Below are positions 8,859 to 20,671 of a stretch of 64,000 nucleotides of DNA, piece by piece. The notes under the pieces are model-generated. The model was not told the DNA's origin. It saw nothing but the letters and a program-made list of their open reading frames with translations, and searched no databases. The position numbers were made by a program, and so were the translations under genes. Source of the stretch: Actinomycetota bacterium (lineage in GTDB: Bacteria; Actinomycetota; Acidimicrobiia; Acidimicrobiales; Ilumatobacteraceae); assembly GCA_046091605.1 (NCBI GenBank), contig JBJTCB010000016.1:2593-66592 (forward strand), given 5' to 3'. How positions within the stretch are numbered: position 1 is the stretch's first letter; each line of letters begins with the position of its first letter.

Positions 8859-9481
8859 ACTTCCAGAACTACTACGTCCCGACCGTCACCGAGCAGACGA
8901 GCCGCGGTGAGCGCGCCTACGACCTGTACTCGAAGCTGCTGAAGGAGAACATCATCTTCCTCGGCACCCCGATCGACGACACGATCGCGAACCTCGTGTG
9001 CGCACAGTTGATCCACCTCGAGAGCGAGAACCCGGATCGCGACATCAACATCTACATCAACAGCCCCGGTGGGGACATCACCGCGCTGTTCGCGATCTAC
9101 GACACCATGCAGTTCATCAAGAACGACATCGCGACGATCTGTCTCGGGCAGGCCGCCTCTGCGGCGGCCGTCCTGCTCGCGGCCGGCGCCAAGGGCAAGC
9201 GCCTCGCGCTGCCGCACAGCCGCGTGCTGCTGCACCAGCCCTACGGCCAGGTGGGCTACGGCCAGGTGACCGACCTCGAGATCGCCGCCCGCGAGATCCT
9301 GCGGATGCGCGACCTCCTCGAGGAAATCCTTGCCAGCCATACGGGCCAGCCGATCGAGCGGATCCATACCGACACCGACCGTGACTTCGTAATGGAAGCA
9401 AACGAGGCCCTCGCGTATGGCATCATCGATGACGTGATCTCATCGCGTCAGCTCGCGGACCGCTCCGGTCCGATCCGCTGA
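8855..9481 (+). CDS. clpP: ATP-dependent Clp protease proteolytic subunit
   Basis: Start is GTG 8855, overlapping the tig stop (GTGA). Catalytic-triad contexts are [14 protein letters not shown] (Ser), LLHQP (His) and DRDFVM (Asp). Confidence 0.93.
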   Translation: MNFQNYYVPTVTEQTSRGERAYDLYSKLLKENIIFLGTPIDDTIANLVCAQLIHLESENPDRDINIYINSPGGDITALFAIYDTMQFIKNDIATICLGQAASAAAVLLAAGAKGKRLALPHSRVLLHQPYGQVGYGQVTDLEIAAREILRMRDLLEEILASHTGQPIERIHTDTDRDFVMEANEALAYGIIDDVISSRQLADRSGPIR

Positions 9482-9506
9482 CGCTCCGTCCCAGGGAGGG
9501 GCCCGA

Positions 9507-10790
9507 GTGGCCAAGTTCAGCGACACCGGCGAACTGCTGAAGTGCTCCTTCTGCGGCAAGTCCCAGAAGCAGGTCAAGAAGCTCATCGCCGGCCCGGGCG
9601 TGTACATCTGCGATGAGTGCATCGAGCTGTGCAACGAGATCATCGAGGAGGAGGTCGGCGACCGCTCCGAGGTGCGCCTCGAGGCCCTGCCGACCCCGGT
9701 CGAGACGCGCGCCTTCCTCGACGAGTACGTCGTGGGTCAGGAGCGCGCGAAGAAGGTGCTGTCGGTCGCGGTCTTCCAGCACTACCGGCGGCTCCAGCAC
9801 CAGCAGCAGAGCCAGGGCATCCGCCGCGACGACGTGGAACTGCAGAAGAGCAACATCTTGATGCTCGGGCCGACGGGGTGCGGCAAGACACACCTGGCCC
9901 AGACCCTCGCGCGCATGTTGAACGTGCCGTTCGCGGTCGCCGACGCCACCGCGCTCACCGAGGCGGGCTATGTCGGCGAGGACGTCGAGAACATCCTGCT
10001 CAAGCTGCTCCAGGCCGCCGACTTCGATGTGAAGAAGGCCGAGCAGGGGATCGTCTACATCGACGAGATCGACAAGGTCGCGCGCAAGGCCGAGAACCCG
10101 AGCATCACCCGTGACGTCTCCGGCGAGGGTGTGCAGCAAGCGTTGCTCAAGATCCTCGAGGGCACGGTCGCCTCGGTGCCGCCGCAGGGTGGCCGCAAGC
10201 ATCCGCACCAGGAGTTCATCCAGATCGACACCACCAACGTGCTCTTCATCTGCGGCGGTGCCTTCGCCGGACTCGAGCAGATCATCGAGCAGCGCATCGG
10301 CCACAAGGGGGTCGGTTTCCACGCGACAGTGAGGTCCAAGGCCGACAAGGACCCCGGCGAGCTCTTCGCCCAGGTGCTCCCCGAGGACCTGCTGAAGTTC
10401 GGCATGATCCCGGAGTTCATCGGCCGCATGCCGATGGTGGCCGCCGTGCACGCGCTCGACAAGGAAGCGCTGGTGCAGATCCTCACCGAGCCGAAGAACG
10501 CGCTCGTCAAGCAGTACACCAAGATCTTCGAGTTCGACGGTGTCGAGCTCGAGGTGACGCGCGGTGCGCTCGAGGCGATCGCCGATCTGGCGCTCAAGCG
10601 CGGCACCGGTGCGCGCGGCCTGCGCGCGATCCTCGAGGAGACCCTGCTCGACACCATGTACGAGGTGCCGGGTCGCACCGACGTCGCGCGCGTGATCCTC
10701 GACGAGGAGTGCGTGGTGGGCGGACAGACCCCCCAGTTGGTCTCGAAGAGCACCGCGCGGATGCCCAGGCAGCGCCGCGCCGCGTCCTGA
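9507..10790 (+). CDS. clpX: ATP-dependent Clp protease ATP-binding subunit ClpX
   Basis: N-terminal zinc finger CSFCGK...CDEC, Walker [12 protein letters not shown], Walker B VYIDEIDK and the pore-loop region. Confidence 0.97.
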   Translation: MAKFSDTGELLKCSFCGKSQKQVKKLIAGPGVYICDECIELCNEIIEEEVGDRSEVRLEALPTPVETRAFLDEYVVGQERAKKVLSVAVFQHYRRLQHQQQSQGIRRDDVELQKSNILMLGPTGCGKTHLAQTLARMLNVPFAVADATALTEAGYVGEDVENILLKLLQAADFDVKKAEQGIVYIDEIDKVARKAENPSITRDVSGEGVQQALLKILEGTVASVPPQGGRKHPHQEFIQIDTTNVLFICGGAFAGLEQIIEQRIGHKGVGFHATVRSKADKDPGELFAQVLPEDLLKFGMIPEFIGRMPMVAAVHALDKEALVQILTEPKNALVKQYTKIFEFDGVELEVTRGALEAIADLALKRGTGARGLRAILEETLLDTMYEVPGRTDVARVILDEECVVGGQTPQLVSKSTARMPRQRRAAS

Positions 10791-10830
10791 CAGGACCCGC
10801 ACCGGGTGCCCACGCCCGCGCCACGAGACC

Positions 10831-12123
10831 ATGAACCACGCCGACGCCCTCGCGTACCTCGACGACCACTCCTCGTACGAAAAGACCGGCCGCATCGAGG
10901 CGCCCTCGACGCAGAACATCGAGTCGATCCTGTCGGTGATGGGGGACCCGCACCTCGACTTCCGCGTCATCCACGTCACTGGAACGAACGGCAAGGGATC
11001 GACGTCCCAGATCATCAGCCGTCTGTTGACCGCGCACGGCCTGCGCACCGGCACCTACTCGAGCCCCCATCTCGAGTCGCCGCACGAGCGGATGCAGATC
11101 GACTGCGAACCGATCGGCGAGGAGGCCTTCGCCGCCGCGATCGCTGGCGTCGCGGTGGCCGAGGGCCTGAGCGGTGTGCGCCCGACGTACTTCGAGGCGA
11201 TGACGGCTGCGGCATTCCGGTGGTTCTCCGAGGAGGCCGTCGACGTCGCGGTGGTCGAAGTCGGGATGCTCGGGAGGTGGGACGCCACGAACGTGGTGCG
11301 GCCCGACATCGCGGTGGTGACCAACATCGCGCTCGATCACACCGAGTTCGCGGGCCCCACCCTCGAGCACATCGCCCGCGAGAAGGCCGGCATCATCAAG
11401 GACGGCTGTGTCGCCATCGTTGGTGAGACCCGACCCGCTCTCGCGGCGATCTTCGCCGCCGAGGCCGATGCACGCGTGGCGCAGAGGGGGCGCGACTTCG
11501 AGGTGCTCGAGAACCGGCTCGCACTCGGCGGCCGCCAGATGCACCTGCGGACCTCGCGCGCGGATCACCCCGAGGTGTTCGTCCCGCTGCACGGGGCGCA
11601 CCAGTGCGACAACGCGGCCGTGGCGATCGCGGCGGTCGAGGAGTTCTTCGATGCGCCGATCCATCCCGACGTCCTCGCCGAGGGTCTCGCCGCCGTCGCG
11701 ATGCCCGGGCGGTTCGAGTTGCTCGGACACCAGCCCCTGGTGATCGTGGACGGTGCGCACAACCCCGCGGGCGCCGACGTGTGTGCCCAGGTGTTCTTCG
11801 ACGACTTCGACCCGGTCGGCCGGCGGATCCTGGTGGTGGGTGCGCTCTCGTCTCGCGATGTCTCCGAGACGTTGGGTGCGCTGCGTGCCGACGAGTTCGA
11901 TCTCGTGGTGTGCTGCACCGCGCCGTCGCCCCGCGCCCGTGCCGCGCGCGAGATCGCCGCGATCGCAGAGTCGATCGGGTGCACCGTCGCAGTGGCCGAG
12001 ACGGTCGTGGAGGCCTGTGACACCGCGCTCGAGGGAGCAGGTGCCGACGATGCGATCCTCGTCGCGGGTTCGCTCTACGTGGTGGGCGCGGCACGACCGC
12101 ACCTGCGCGCGCGCCTGCCCTGA
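10831..12123 (+). CDS. folC: Bifunctional folylpolyglutamate synthase/dihydrofolate synthase
   Basis: Mur-ligase P-loop [11 protein letters not shown] and conserved position after clpX. 430 aa. Confidence 0.88.
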   Translation: MNHADALAYLDDHSSYEKTGRIEAPSTQNIESILSVMGDPHLDFRVIHVTGTNGKGSTSQIISRLLTAHGLRTGTYSSPHLESPHERMQIDCEPIGEEAFAAAIAGVAVAEGLSGVRPTYFEAMTAAAFRWFSEEAVDVAVVEVGMLGRWDATNVVRPDIAVVTNIALDHTEFAGPTLEHIAREKAGIIKDGCVAIVGETRPALAAIFAAEADARVAQRGRDFEVLENRLALGGRQMHLRTSRADHPEVFVPLHGAHQCDNAAVAIAAVEEFFDAPIHPDVLAEGLAAVAMPGRFELLGHQPLVIVDGAHNPAGADVCAQVFFDDFDPVGRRILVVGALSSRDVSETLGALRADEFDLVVCCTAPSPRARAAREIAAIAESIGCTVAVAETVVEACDTALEGAGADDAILVAGSLYVVGAARPHLRARLP

Positions 12124-12179
12124 CGGGATGATCGGGGCACGACGGGTGGGTGCGCGGTTGCGCCCGTAGCCTGTCGGGC

Positions 12180-12590
12180 ATGTCGAACCGCACCCTCGTC
12201 CTGCTCAAGCCCGATGCCGTCGAGCGCGGCCTCGTCGGGGCCATCGTCTCGCGATTCGAGGCCAAGGGTCTCCGGTTGGCGGCGATGGAGCTGCGCACCC
12301 TCGATGCGGGCACGCTCGCGCGCCACTACGAGGAGCACGTCACGAAGTCGTTCTACGCCGATCTCGTCGAGTTCATGTCGCGGGGCCCCGTGGTCGCCAT
12401 GGCCCTCGAGGGACCGGAGGACACCTGGGAGATCGTGCGCCACACGATGGGCTCGACCAACCCCCGCACCGCCGCGCCCGGCACCATCCGGGGCGACTTC
12501 GGGACCATCCTCACCGAGAACCTCGTCCACGGCAGCGATTCGGCCGAATCGGCCGCCCGCGAGCTGTCCATCTTCTTCCCCGGGCTCTGA
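12180..12590 (+). CDS. ndk: Nucleoside diphosphate kinase
   Basis: Start is the internal ATG at 12180. The product reads MSNRTLVLLKPDAVERGL...NLVHGSDS (active-site His). Confidence 0.95.
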   Translation: MSNRTLVLLKPDAVERGLVGAIVSRFEAKGLRLAAMELRTLDAGTLARHYEEHVTKSFYADLVEFMSRGPVVAMALEGPEDTWEIVRHTMGSTNPRTAAPGTIRGDFGTILTENLVHGSDSAESAARELSIFFPGL

Positions 12591-12657
12591 TCCGGGGACA
12601 ACTACGATTGGGTCTCGCGGGGGCGCGCGTCGGCGCGCGACCGGGGGAGATTTTCCT

Positions 12658-13698
<1,041 letters not shown>

Positions 13699-13706
13699 AT
13701 CCCCCC

Positions 13707-14819
13707 GTGGCGGGCCAACCCTTCACTCGGCGCCGGGTGATCCTCCTCCTGGTCCTGACCTCGGTGCTCTTCGTGACGCTCGACCTGCGGGGCAGCGGCG
13801 TGGTCAACGGGGCGCGCTCGGCCTTCGGTGTGGTGTTCCGCCCGATCGAGAGTGCGGCGCGCGTAGTCACCAACCCGATCGAGAGCGCGTGGAACGGGAT
13901 CGTGCGCTACGACGATCTCGAGGACGAGAACCGGAGGCTGCGCGACCTCGTCGCCTACAACGAGGGTGCCACGATCGCGGCCGTCGCGAGCGTGCGCGAG
14001 GCCCAGGAACTCCTCGCCTTGAACGGTCTGCCGACACTGGCGGGGATCTCGTCGTGCACCGCCCAGGTGGTGGGTCAGTCGCCGTCGAACTTCGCCCAGA
14101 CCGTCGAGATCAACCGTGGCAGCGAGTGCGGCATCAAGGTCGGGATGCCCGTGCTGAACGCGGCGGGCTTGATCGGCAAGGTGACAGGGGTCTTCAACAA
14201 GCGCGCCGTCGTGATGCTGGTGACCGATCCCGGGTACTCGCTCGCGGTCAAGGTGGTGAACACGCCCCCCACCACCACGACCACGACGATCCCGGGCGAG
14301 GAGCCCGCACCCACCACCACCTCCACATCGACGACCACCACGGTGCCGCGCACCACGACCACGACCGGCATCCCCGGGTTCACGCCGGGCGCCACGGTCG
14401 CGACCACCTCGACAATCCCGGTCCCTGGGGCGACCACGACGGTTCCCGGCGACGGCAGCCCCAACCAACCGGGTCAGGCGACGAAGTCACCGATCACGGT
14501 GCCGGCCGGTGTCGATCTGCCGCTCCGCGAGACTGGTGCGCTCGAGGGCAGGGGACTGTCGCGTTCGCCGTTCGTGCGGTTCATCGAGAGCCAGAGTCGA
14601 TTCGGTGAGGTCGCCGTCGGCTCGCCGATCGTGACCGCCGGTGGTGCGACCTCGCTCGCGCCGCCGGGGATCGTGGTCGGGACGGTGTCGAAGGTCGTGC
14701 GCCGGCCGGGCACGCTCGGCCCGCTGCTCGAGGTCGACCTGTCGGCGAACCTCGACTATCTCAACTTCGTGAGGGTGCTCCTGTACCGGCCGAGCACCGA
14801 GAGGGTGGATGCGCCGTGA
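13707..14819 (+). CDS. mreC: Rod shape-determining protein MreC with a Thr/Pro-rich insertion
   Basis: N-terminal TM helix, a coiled region (DLEDENRRLRDL), beta-barrel segments (GMPVLNAAGLIGKV, SPIVTAGG) and its position between mreB and mreD. Confidence 0.85.
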   Translation: MAGQPFTRRRVILLLVLTSVLFVTLDLRGSGVVNGARSAFGVVFRPIESAARVVTNPIESAWNGIVRYDDLEDENRRLRDLVAYNEGATIAAVASVREAQELLALNGLPTLAGISSCTAQVVGQSPSNFAQTVEINRGSECGIKVGMPVLNAAGLIGKVTGVFNKRAVVMLVTDPGYSLAVKVVNTPPTTTTTTIPGEEPAPTTTSTSTTTTVPRTTTTTGIPGFTPGATVATTSTIPVPGATTTVPGDGSPNQPGQATKSPITVPAGVDLPLRETGALEGRGLSRSPFVRFIESQSRFGEVAVGSPIVTAGGATSLAPPGIVVGTVSKVVRRPGTLGPLLEVDLSANLDYLNFVRVLLYRPSTERVDAP

Positions 14820-15337
14820 TCGAGGGTCTCCTGCGGATCGCGGAAAACCGGTGGTTCCGGCTCGTGCTCGTCGGGATGGTGTTCCTCGGCGTGCAGACGA
14901 CGATCCTGAACGACATGCGGCCCTTCGGAGTGAGCCTGCAGGTGATGGTCCTGCTCGCGGCCGCGAGCGGGCTCGCGCGCGGTTCCGAGACCGGCGCGGT
15001 CGCCGGTTTCGTGATCGGTCTGCTCTACGACCTCGTCCTCACCACCCCGCTGGGGCTGGGTGCGGCGGTGTTCGCCGTGGTGGGCTACGCCTCGGGGCTC
15101 GCGAACACGTTCGTGCACGCACCCACCTGGTGGACGCGCATGTTGATGGCATCGGTGGCCAGTGCGCTCGCGATGTTCCTCATGCCGCTCGCCCTCGAGG
15201 TGACCGGCACCGAGGGCGCCCTGACCGGCCAGGTGTTCCTGATCGCACTCGTCGTCGCGGTCTTCAACGCGCTCGCCGCGCCACCGGCGCACTGGGTGTG
15301 CAGGTGGGCGCTGCGCGAGCGGGTGAGGATCAGGTGA
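14816..15337 (+). CDS. mreD: Rod shape-determining protein MreD
   Basis: GTG 14816 overlaps the mreC stop (GTGA). It is a polytopic hydrophobic 173-aa protein in the canonical position. Confidence 0.7.
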   Translation: MIEGLLRIAENRWFRLVLVGMVFLGVQTTILNDMRPFGVSLQVMVLLAAASGLARGSETGAVAGFVIGLLYDLVLTTPLGLGAAVFAVVGYASGLANTFVHAPTWWTRMLMASVASALAMFLMPLALEVTGTEGALTGQVFLIALVVAVFNALAAPPAHWVCRWALRERVRIR

Positions 15338-15343
15338 CCACCG

Positions 15344-17509
15344 GTGGTCGGTGAACGGCGCGTCTCGCGCACGGCGGTGCTCGGCACGGTGGCGGCGATC
15401 CTCGGGGGAATCCTGTGCATCCGACTCTGGTTCCTGCAGGCCGTCGATGCCCCGGGGCTCGAGGAGCGCGTGCGGGAGGTGCGCACCCGGACGGTGAAGT
15501 TGACCCCCGAACGCGGCCGCATCTTCGACCTCGAGGGTCGCATCGTGGCGGACAACGAGCGTGTGCTCACCGTGACCATCGATCGCCAAGTGGTGGCGCG
15601 CCCTCTCGCCCGCCAGCAGATGTGGAACCGGCTCTCGGGGGCGCTGGGTCTGAGCTTCGAGCAGTTGGAGGAGCGCTACAAGTCGAAGCGGTACGACCAG
15701 CTGCAGCCGGCCCCGTTGAAGGAGGACATCGACGAGTCGCTCGCGGTGTTCCTGCGCGAGAGATCCGAGGACTATCCCGGCGTCGACGTGCGCGAGGACT
15801 GGCGGCGCGAGTACCCGTACGCGCCGGTGGCGAGCCACGTGGTGGGATTCCTCGGGGCGATTCGCGAGCCCGAACTCGAGTACTACAGGAACCTCGGCTA
15901 CGACCCCGACGCCCGCGTCGGCCAGTTCGGTGTCGAGCAGACCTACGAGTCGGTTCTGCGCGGCACCCCGGGCTACGTGAAGTACGAGGTCGACTCCCGC
16001 GGTCGCATCCTGCGCCAGTTGGAGCGCCGCGAGCCGATCCCCGGCAACGACGTGCAACTCTCGATCGACCTCGACATGCAACAGTTCACTGAGCAGGCCC
16101 TCCAGACCGAGATCCGCGCGCGCCGCCGCACCGAGGCTCCGACGGTGCTCGCCTTCGGCGAGCCCGACCCGCGGTACCCCGAGGTGGTCTTCTACAAGGC
16201 ACCGGCCGGCTCGAGCGTGGTGTTGAACCACGAGACCGGCGAGGTGCTCGCGATGGCCTCGTACCCGAACTTTGACAACAGATGGTTCAACGCCGGCATC
16301 TCATCGGAGAAGTTCCAGCAACTCTTCCCGCGCACCGACGACCCCGACCTGTCGATCCTCGTGAACCGGGCGATCTCGGGTCGGTACAACCTCGGGTCGA
16401 CGTTCAAGCCGTTCGTCGCGTTCGCGGCCCTCAACACCGGGCAGTTGCCGGGCGGCACGTCGTACTCGCTCCTCGACAAGGGCACCTACAAGCTTCAGAG
16501 CATCCCCGAGGAGCGGTGCCAGTTGAACGTGAAGTGCATCTTCAAGAACGCCAACTGCGGCAACGGCGCGCCGTGCAAGTACGGGCGGGTCAACGTGGTG
16601 GATTCGCTCGCGGTGTCCTCGGACGTGTTCTTCTACAAGATCGGCGAGCAGATCTTCACCGAGCGGGGCAACAGGCCGGTGCTCGAGGAGCAGGTGCGCT
16701 TGTTCGGCTTCGGGTCCCCGACCGAGATCGACCTGCCCTATGAGTTCACCGGCACGATCCCGAGCCGGCTCCTCAAGGAGCGACTCGCCGAGGACGGTGC
16801 GATCGCCAAGGAGGAGGGCGAGGGCTACTACGTGGGTGACAACGTCCAGTTCGCGATCGGCCAGGGCCTGCTCTCGGCGACACCACTGCAGTTGGCCGTC
16901 GCCTATGGAACCCTCGCCAACGGCGGCAAGGTCGTGCGACCCCGCGTGGTGCGTGCGATCTGGACTCCGGGGACCCCCGACGGAAAATCGGGCGCAGTCG
17001 ATCTGAGGGCGGGGACGGTCCTGCGCGACTTCTCTGCTCCCCAGGTGATCCGCGACATCGGTCTGCGCGAGGATGTCCGCGACCCGATCGTGAGGGGTCT
17101 CACGCGCGTGATCAACGGGCCGGGCAAGCGCTACGACTTCTACCATGCCACGACGGGAGAGAAACTGTTCCGTTCGTATCCGAAGGCGACGCTCCCGATC
17201 GCCGGAAAGACGGGCACCGCGCAGGGCGCGGGAAACCTGCCGTGGAACGACTCCTCGGCGTTCGCCGCGTTCTCGAAGGACCCCTCGAAGCCCTACACCG
17301 CGAGCACCTACATCGAGAAGGCCGGCTTCGGGTCGCGTGCCGCTGCGCCGGTGGTGAAGTGCGTCTTCACCGCGCTCGCGGGCAAGATCCGCGTCGACAA
17401 GGCATTGCCGTCGGATCCGCTCGACGTGAACAGCTTCGAAGTGGCCCAACCCCAGTTCCTGCCGAACCCCCTGTGTCTGGTCGGCACCGGATCGTCGGTG
17501 CGCGACTGA
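15344..17509 (+). CDS. mrdA: Penicillin-binding protein 2 (elongasome class B transpeptidase)
   Basis: N-terminal TM helix, SxxK motif GSTFKP, SSD and KTGTA. 721 aa. Confidence 0.9.
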   Translation: MVGERRVSRTAVLGTVAAILGGILCIRLWFLQAVDAPGLEERVREVRTRTVKLTPERGRIFDLEGRIVADNERVLTVTIDRQVVARPLARQQMWNRLSGALGLSFEQLEERYKSKRYDQLQPAPLKEDIDESLAVFLRERSEDYPGVDVREDWRREYPYAPVASHVVGFLGAIREPELEYYRNLGYDPDARVGQFGVEQTYESVLRGTPGYVKYEVDSRGRILRQLERREPIPGNDVQLSIDLDMQQFTEQALQTEIRARRRTEAPTVLAFGEPDPRYPEVVFYKAPAGSSVVLNHETGEVLAMASYPNFDNRWFNAGISSEKFQQLFPRTDDPDLSILVNRAISGRYNLGSTFKPFVAFAALNTGQLPGGTSYSLLDKGTYKLQSIPEERCQLNVKCIFKNANCGNGAPCKYGRVNVVDSLAVSSDVFFYKIGEQIFTERGNRPVLEEQVRLFGFGSPTEIDLPYEFTGTIPSRLLKERLAEDGAIAKEEGEGYYVGDNVQFAIGQGLLSATPLQLAVAYGTLANGGKVVRPRVVRAIWTPGTPDGKSGAVDLRAGTVLRDFSAPQVIRDIGLREDVRDPIVRGLTRVINGPGKRYDFYHATTGEKLFRSYPKATLPIAGKTGTAQGAGNLPWNDSSAFAAFSKDPSKPYTASTYIEKAGFGSRAAAPVVKCVFTALAGKIRVDKALPSDPLDVNSFEVAQPQFLPNPLCLVGTGSSVRD

Positions 17510-18681
17510 TGGTCGGCACGCTGTTCACGCGTCGGCCCGACTCGGGTCTCGGCAACATCAAGCGGGGCATCACCGCGCCCACGCGCAGCATCGACTGGGT
17601 CCTCATGACCGCTGTCGGTCTGCTCACCACGATCGGGGTCTTCATCGTCTATTCGGCGACGCGACCGCGCCTCATCAGCAGGGGATCGGATCCGTTCTCG
17701 TTCGCCCAGCGCCAGGTCGCCTTCATCATCGTGGCGCTGGTGGCGATGGCGGTCGTGATGTGGCTGGACTACGTGCAATTGCACGCGAACGCGAACCTGC
17801 TGTACGCGGGAACGTTGTTCCTGCTGGTTCTCGTGCTCGTCACCGGTGCGGTGATCGGTGGTGCGCGCCTGTCGTTCGACCTCGGGCCGATCTCGGTGCA
17901 ACCCTCCGAACTCTCGAAGGTCTCGACGCTGCTCCTGTTGGCCGGATACCTGGCGCGCGGCGACACCGAGGAGGTGTCCTACGAGATGTTCATCCGGTCG
18001 CTCTTCATCGTCGGCGTGCCGGTGGTGCTGATCGCGATCGAACCGGACCTCGGGTCGGCCTCGGTCGTGGTGGCGATGGCGATGGGCGTGCTGTTGGTGG
18101 CGGGTGCGAAGGCCCGCTACATCATCCTCATCACGACGCTGAGCGTCTCGTCGGTGGTGGCCGGCGTGGTGTCGGGTGTCGTGCGCGACTACCAGTTGCA
18201 GCGCATCACCGGATTCTTGAACCAGAACTCCGACTCGGCCAGTCTCCAGCAGCTGATCACACAGGTGCGCTTCGCCAAGCGCGCTGTCGCCACCGGTGGC
18301 TTCTTCGGCAAGGGCTATCTCGAGGGGCCGCTCACGAACGGCCGGTTCATCCCGGTGCAGTCGACCGACTTCGTCTTCTCCGCGGTGGGGGAGCAGTTCG
18401 GGATGGTCGGCTGCGGCATCGTGCTGTCACTGTTCGCCGTGGTGCTGTGGCGCATCTTCCGGATCGCCCGCCTCGCCGAGGACCGCCTCGGCACCCTCGT
18501 CTGCACGGGGGTGTTCACGATGATCCTGTGGCAGGCCTTCCAGAACATCGGCATGACCATGGGAATCACGCCGGTCAGCGGGGTGCCGCTGCCCTTCGTG
18601 TCCTACGGGGGATCCCACACGGTGGCGTTCGCGATGATGATCGGGCTGGTCCAGAGCGTCCACATGCGCCGTTTCCGCTGA
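17509..18681 (+). CDS. rodA: SEDS peptidoglycan polymerase RodA
   Basis: ATG 17509 overlaps the mrdA stop. It is an FtsW/RodA/SpoVE-type polytopic protein with QPSELSK and PLPFVSYGGS. Confidence 0.92.
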   Translation: MVGTLFTRRPDSGLGNIKRGITAPTRSIDWVLMTAVGLLTTIGVFIVYSATRPRLISRGSDPFSFAQRQVAFIIVALVAMAVVMWLDYVQLHANANLLYAGTLFLLVLVLVTGAVIGGARLSFDLGPISVQPSELSKVSTLLLLAGYLARGDTEEVSYEMFIRSLFIVGVPVVLIAIEPDLGSASVVVAMAMGVLLVAGAKARYIILITTLSVSSVVAGVVSGVVRDYQLQRITGFLNQNSDSASLQQLITQVRFAKRAVATGGFFGKGYLEGPLTNGRFIPVQSTDFVFSAVGEQFGMVGCGIVLSLFAVVLWRIFRIARLAEDRLGTLVCTGVFTMILWQAFQNIGMTMGITPVSGVPLPFVSYGGSHTVAFAMMIGLVQSVHMRRFR

Positions 18682-18817
18682 CACCGACGGGTAACCTTGT
18701 CCACAAGGCCCCTTGGGCCGACGGTCCGACAGGACCCGCCGCGCCGGATCCGGCTGCGGCAGGGACTGCGTGGCGCGCCCCGTGTGCGACACGTCGAAGA
18801 GAATCGAGACAATCCAG

Positions 18818-20671
18818 ATGGACACCAACGACTCGGGTGTCGCGCCCTCCAGCGGCGCCACCTCAGGAGAGAGCCGGGCCGACCATGGCGCCGGCAACGG
18901 GAACGGCAACGGCGCCGGAAACGGACAAGCGCGCAAGCGTCGGCGCGGGTCGCGCGGCGGGAAGAACCGTCGCAAGCCCACCGACGGCACTCGTGAGACA
19001 GGCACCGGCCAGACCAGTACAGGGTCACGACCGGGCGGACACTCCTCCCGCGGAACCGGACCATCGACGGGCACGACATCGACATCGGCATCGGGTCCGG
19101 CATCGGGTCAGGGGACATCTGGCAGTGCACCGGAGACGTCGGCTCCGCCGCGGCCCTCTGGCCCGCCCCCTGGTCCGGCGCGCAAGCCCCAGATCGGTGA
19201 CACCCGTCCGGCCCCGCCGGCACCCGCATCGAAGGGCAAGGGCGGCGATGCCGGCGCGCAGAAGCAGGGCGACGGCAAGAAGAAGCGCCGGCGCGGTGGA
19301 CGCGGCCGCTCCCGTGGGGGGCAACAGTCGCGCGAGACCGCGCGTCCCGATGCCGACGCAGAGATCATCGAGCGCCGCCGCGGCCGCGAGCGCAACGGTC
19401 GGCCGATCGGGCGTTACCTGATGTGCGTGCAGGTGCGCGACGGCGTCACCCAGGTCGCCGTGATGGAGGGTCGCAACCTGATCGAGCACCACGTGAGCCG
19501 TCCCGCCGACGACATCGGGCAGATCCACGGCAACATCTATCTGGGTCGGGTGCAGAACGTCCTCGCGGGCATGGAGGCGGCCTTCGTGGACATCGCCACT
19601 CCGAAGAACGCGGTTCTCTACAGGGGCGATGTCTCCTTCGACACTGCCGATGTCGAGCACAAGGACACCGCGCGCATCGAGCACATCCTGCGACGCAGCC
19701 AGATGATCCTGTGCCAGGTCACCAAGAACCCGATCGGGGCCAAGGGTGCCCGTCTGACGCAGGAGGTCTCGCTGCCGGGTCGCTTCGTGGTGCTCATTCC
19801 CAACTCGAAGACCTACGGGATCTCCAAGCGCCTCGCCGATTCCGAGCGCCGCAGACTGCGCACGATCCTCGACCGGGTCAAGCCCTCCGAGCATGGCGTC
19901 ATCGTGCGCACCGCAGCCGAGGATGCGACCGAGCACGAACTGACCGCCGACATGACGCGCCTGCTCGAGCAGTGGGCCGAGATCGAGGAGGCCGCCAAGA
20001 AGGCCAACGGCCCCAGCCTGCTCTACCGCGAACCCGAACTCGCCGTGCGCGTCATCCGCGAGGAGTTCAGCGCCGAGTACCGCGGCGTGGTCATCGACGA
20101 TCGCAGGCTCTTCGAGGAGATCAAGTCGTACGTGTCGGCCTTCAATCCCGAGCTCGCGGACCGCGTGGAGTACTTCGATCGCGACGCCGAGCCGCTCTCG
20201 CTCTTCGAGACGCACCATGTCCACGAGCAGCTCCACAAGGCGCTCGACCGCAAGGTCTGGCTGCCCTCCGGTGGCTCGATCATCATCGAGCACGCCGAGG
20301 CCCTCACCGTGATCGACGTGAACACCGGCCGCAACGTCGGGTCATCGAACCTCGAGGAGACGGTGTTCGTGAACAACCTCGAGGCCGCCCAGGAGATCGC
20401 CCACCAGCTGCGCCTGCGCGACATCGGCGGCATCATCGTGATCGACTTCATCGACATGGAGATCAAGGACAACCGCCGCAAGGTGGTCGACTCGTTCCGC
20501 CAGGCTCTGTCGCGCGACAAGACGCGCACCCAGGTCTTCGACATCTCCGAGCTCGGCCTGGTCGAGATGACCCGCAAGCGGATCGGCGAGGGGCTCATCA
20601 CGGCCTTCTCGGGGGAGTGCCCCGAGTGCGCCGGACGCGGCATGAAGGTCGACTTCAGCCTGCTCGATTGA
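18818..20671 (+). CDS. rne: Ribonuclease E/G family endoribonuclease with a disordered Gly/Ser/Arg/Pro-rich N-terminal region
   Basis: S1 domain GNIYLGRVQNVLAGMEAAFVDI, catalytic region VIDVNTGR and IVIDFIDM, and Zn-link CPECAGRG. The start is uncertain: ATG 18818 is chosen, TTG 18713 is also possible. Confidence 0.85.
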   Translation: MDTNDSGVAPSSGATSGESRADHGAGNGNGNGAGNGQARKRRRGSRGGKNRRKPTDGTRETGTGQTSTGSRPGGHSSRGTGPSTGTTSTSASGPASGQGTSGSAPETSAPPRPSGPPPGPARKPQIGDTRPAPPAPASKGKGGDAGAQKQGDGKKKRRRGGRGRSRGGQQSRETARPDADAEIIERRRGRERNGRPIGRYLMCVQVRDGVTQVAVMEGRNLIEHHVSRPADDIGQIHGNIYLGRVQNVLAGMEAAFVDIATPKNAVLYRGDVSFDTADVEHKDTARIEHILRRSQMILCQVTKNPIGAKGARLTQEVSLPGRFVVLIPNSKTYGISKRLADSERRRLRTILDRVKPSEHGVIVRTAAEDATEHELTADMTRLLEQWAEIEEAAKKANGPSLLYREPELAVRVIREEFSAEYRGVVIDDRRLFEEIKSYVSAFNPELADRVEYFDRDAEPLSLFETHHVHEQLHKALDRKVWLPSGGSIIIEHAEALTVIDVNTGRNVGSSNLEETVFVNNLEAAQEIAHQLRLRDIGGIIVIDFIDMEIKDNRRKVVDSFRQALSRDKTRTQVFDISELGLVEMTRKRIGEGLITAFSGECPECAGRGMKVDFSLLD

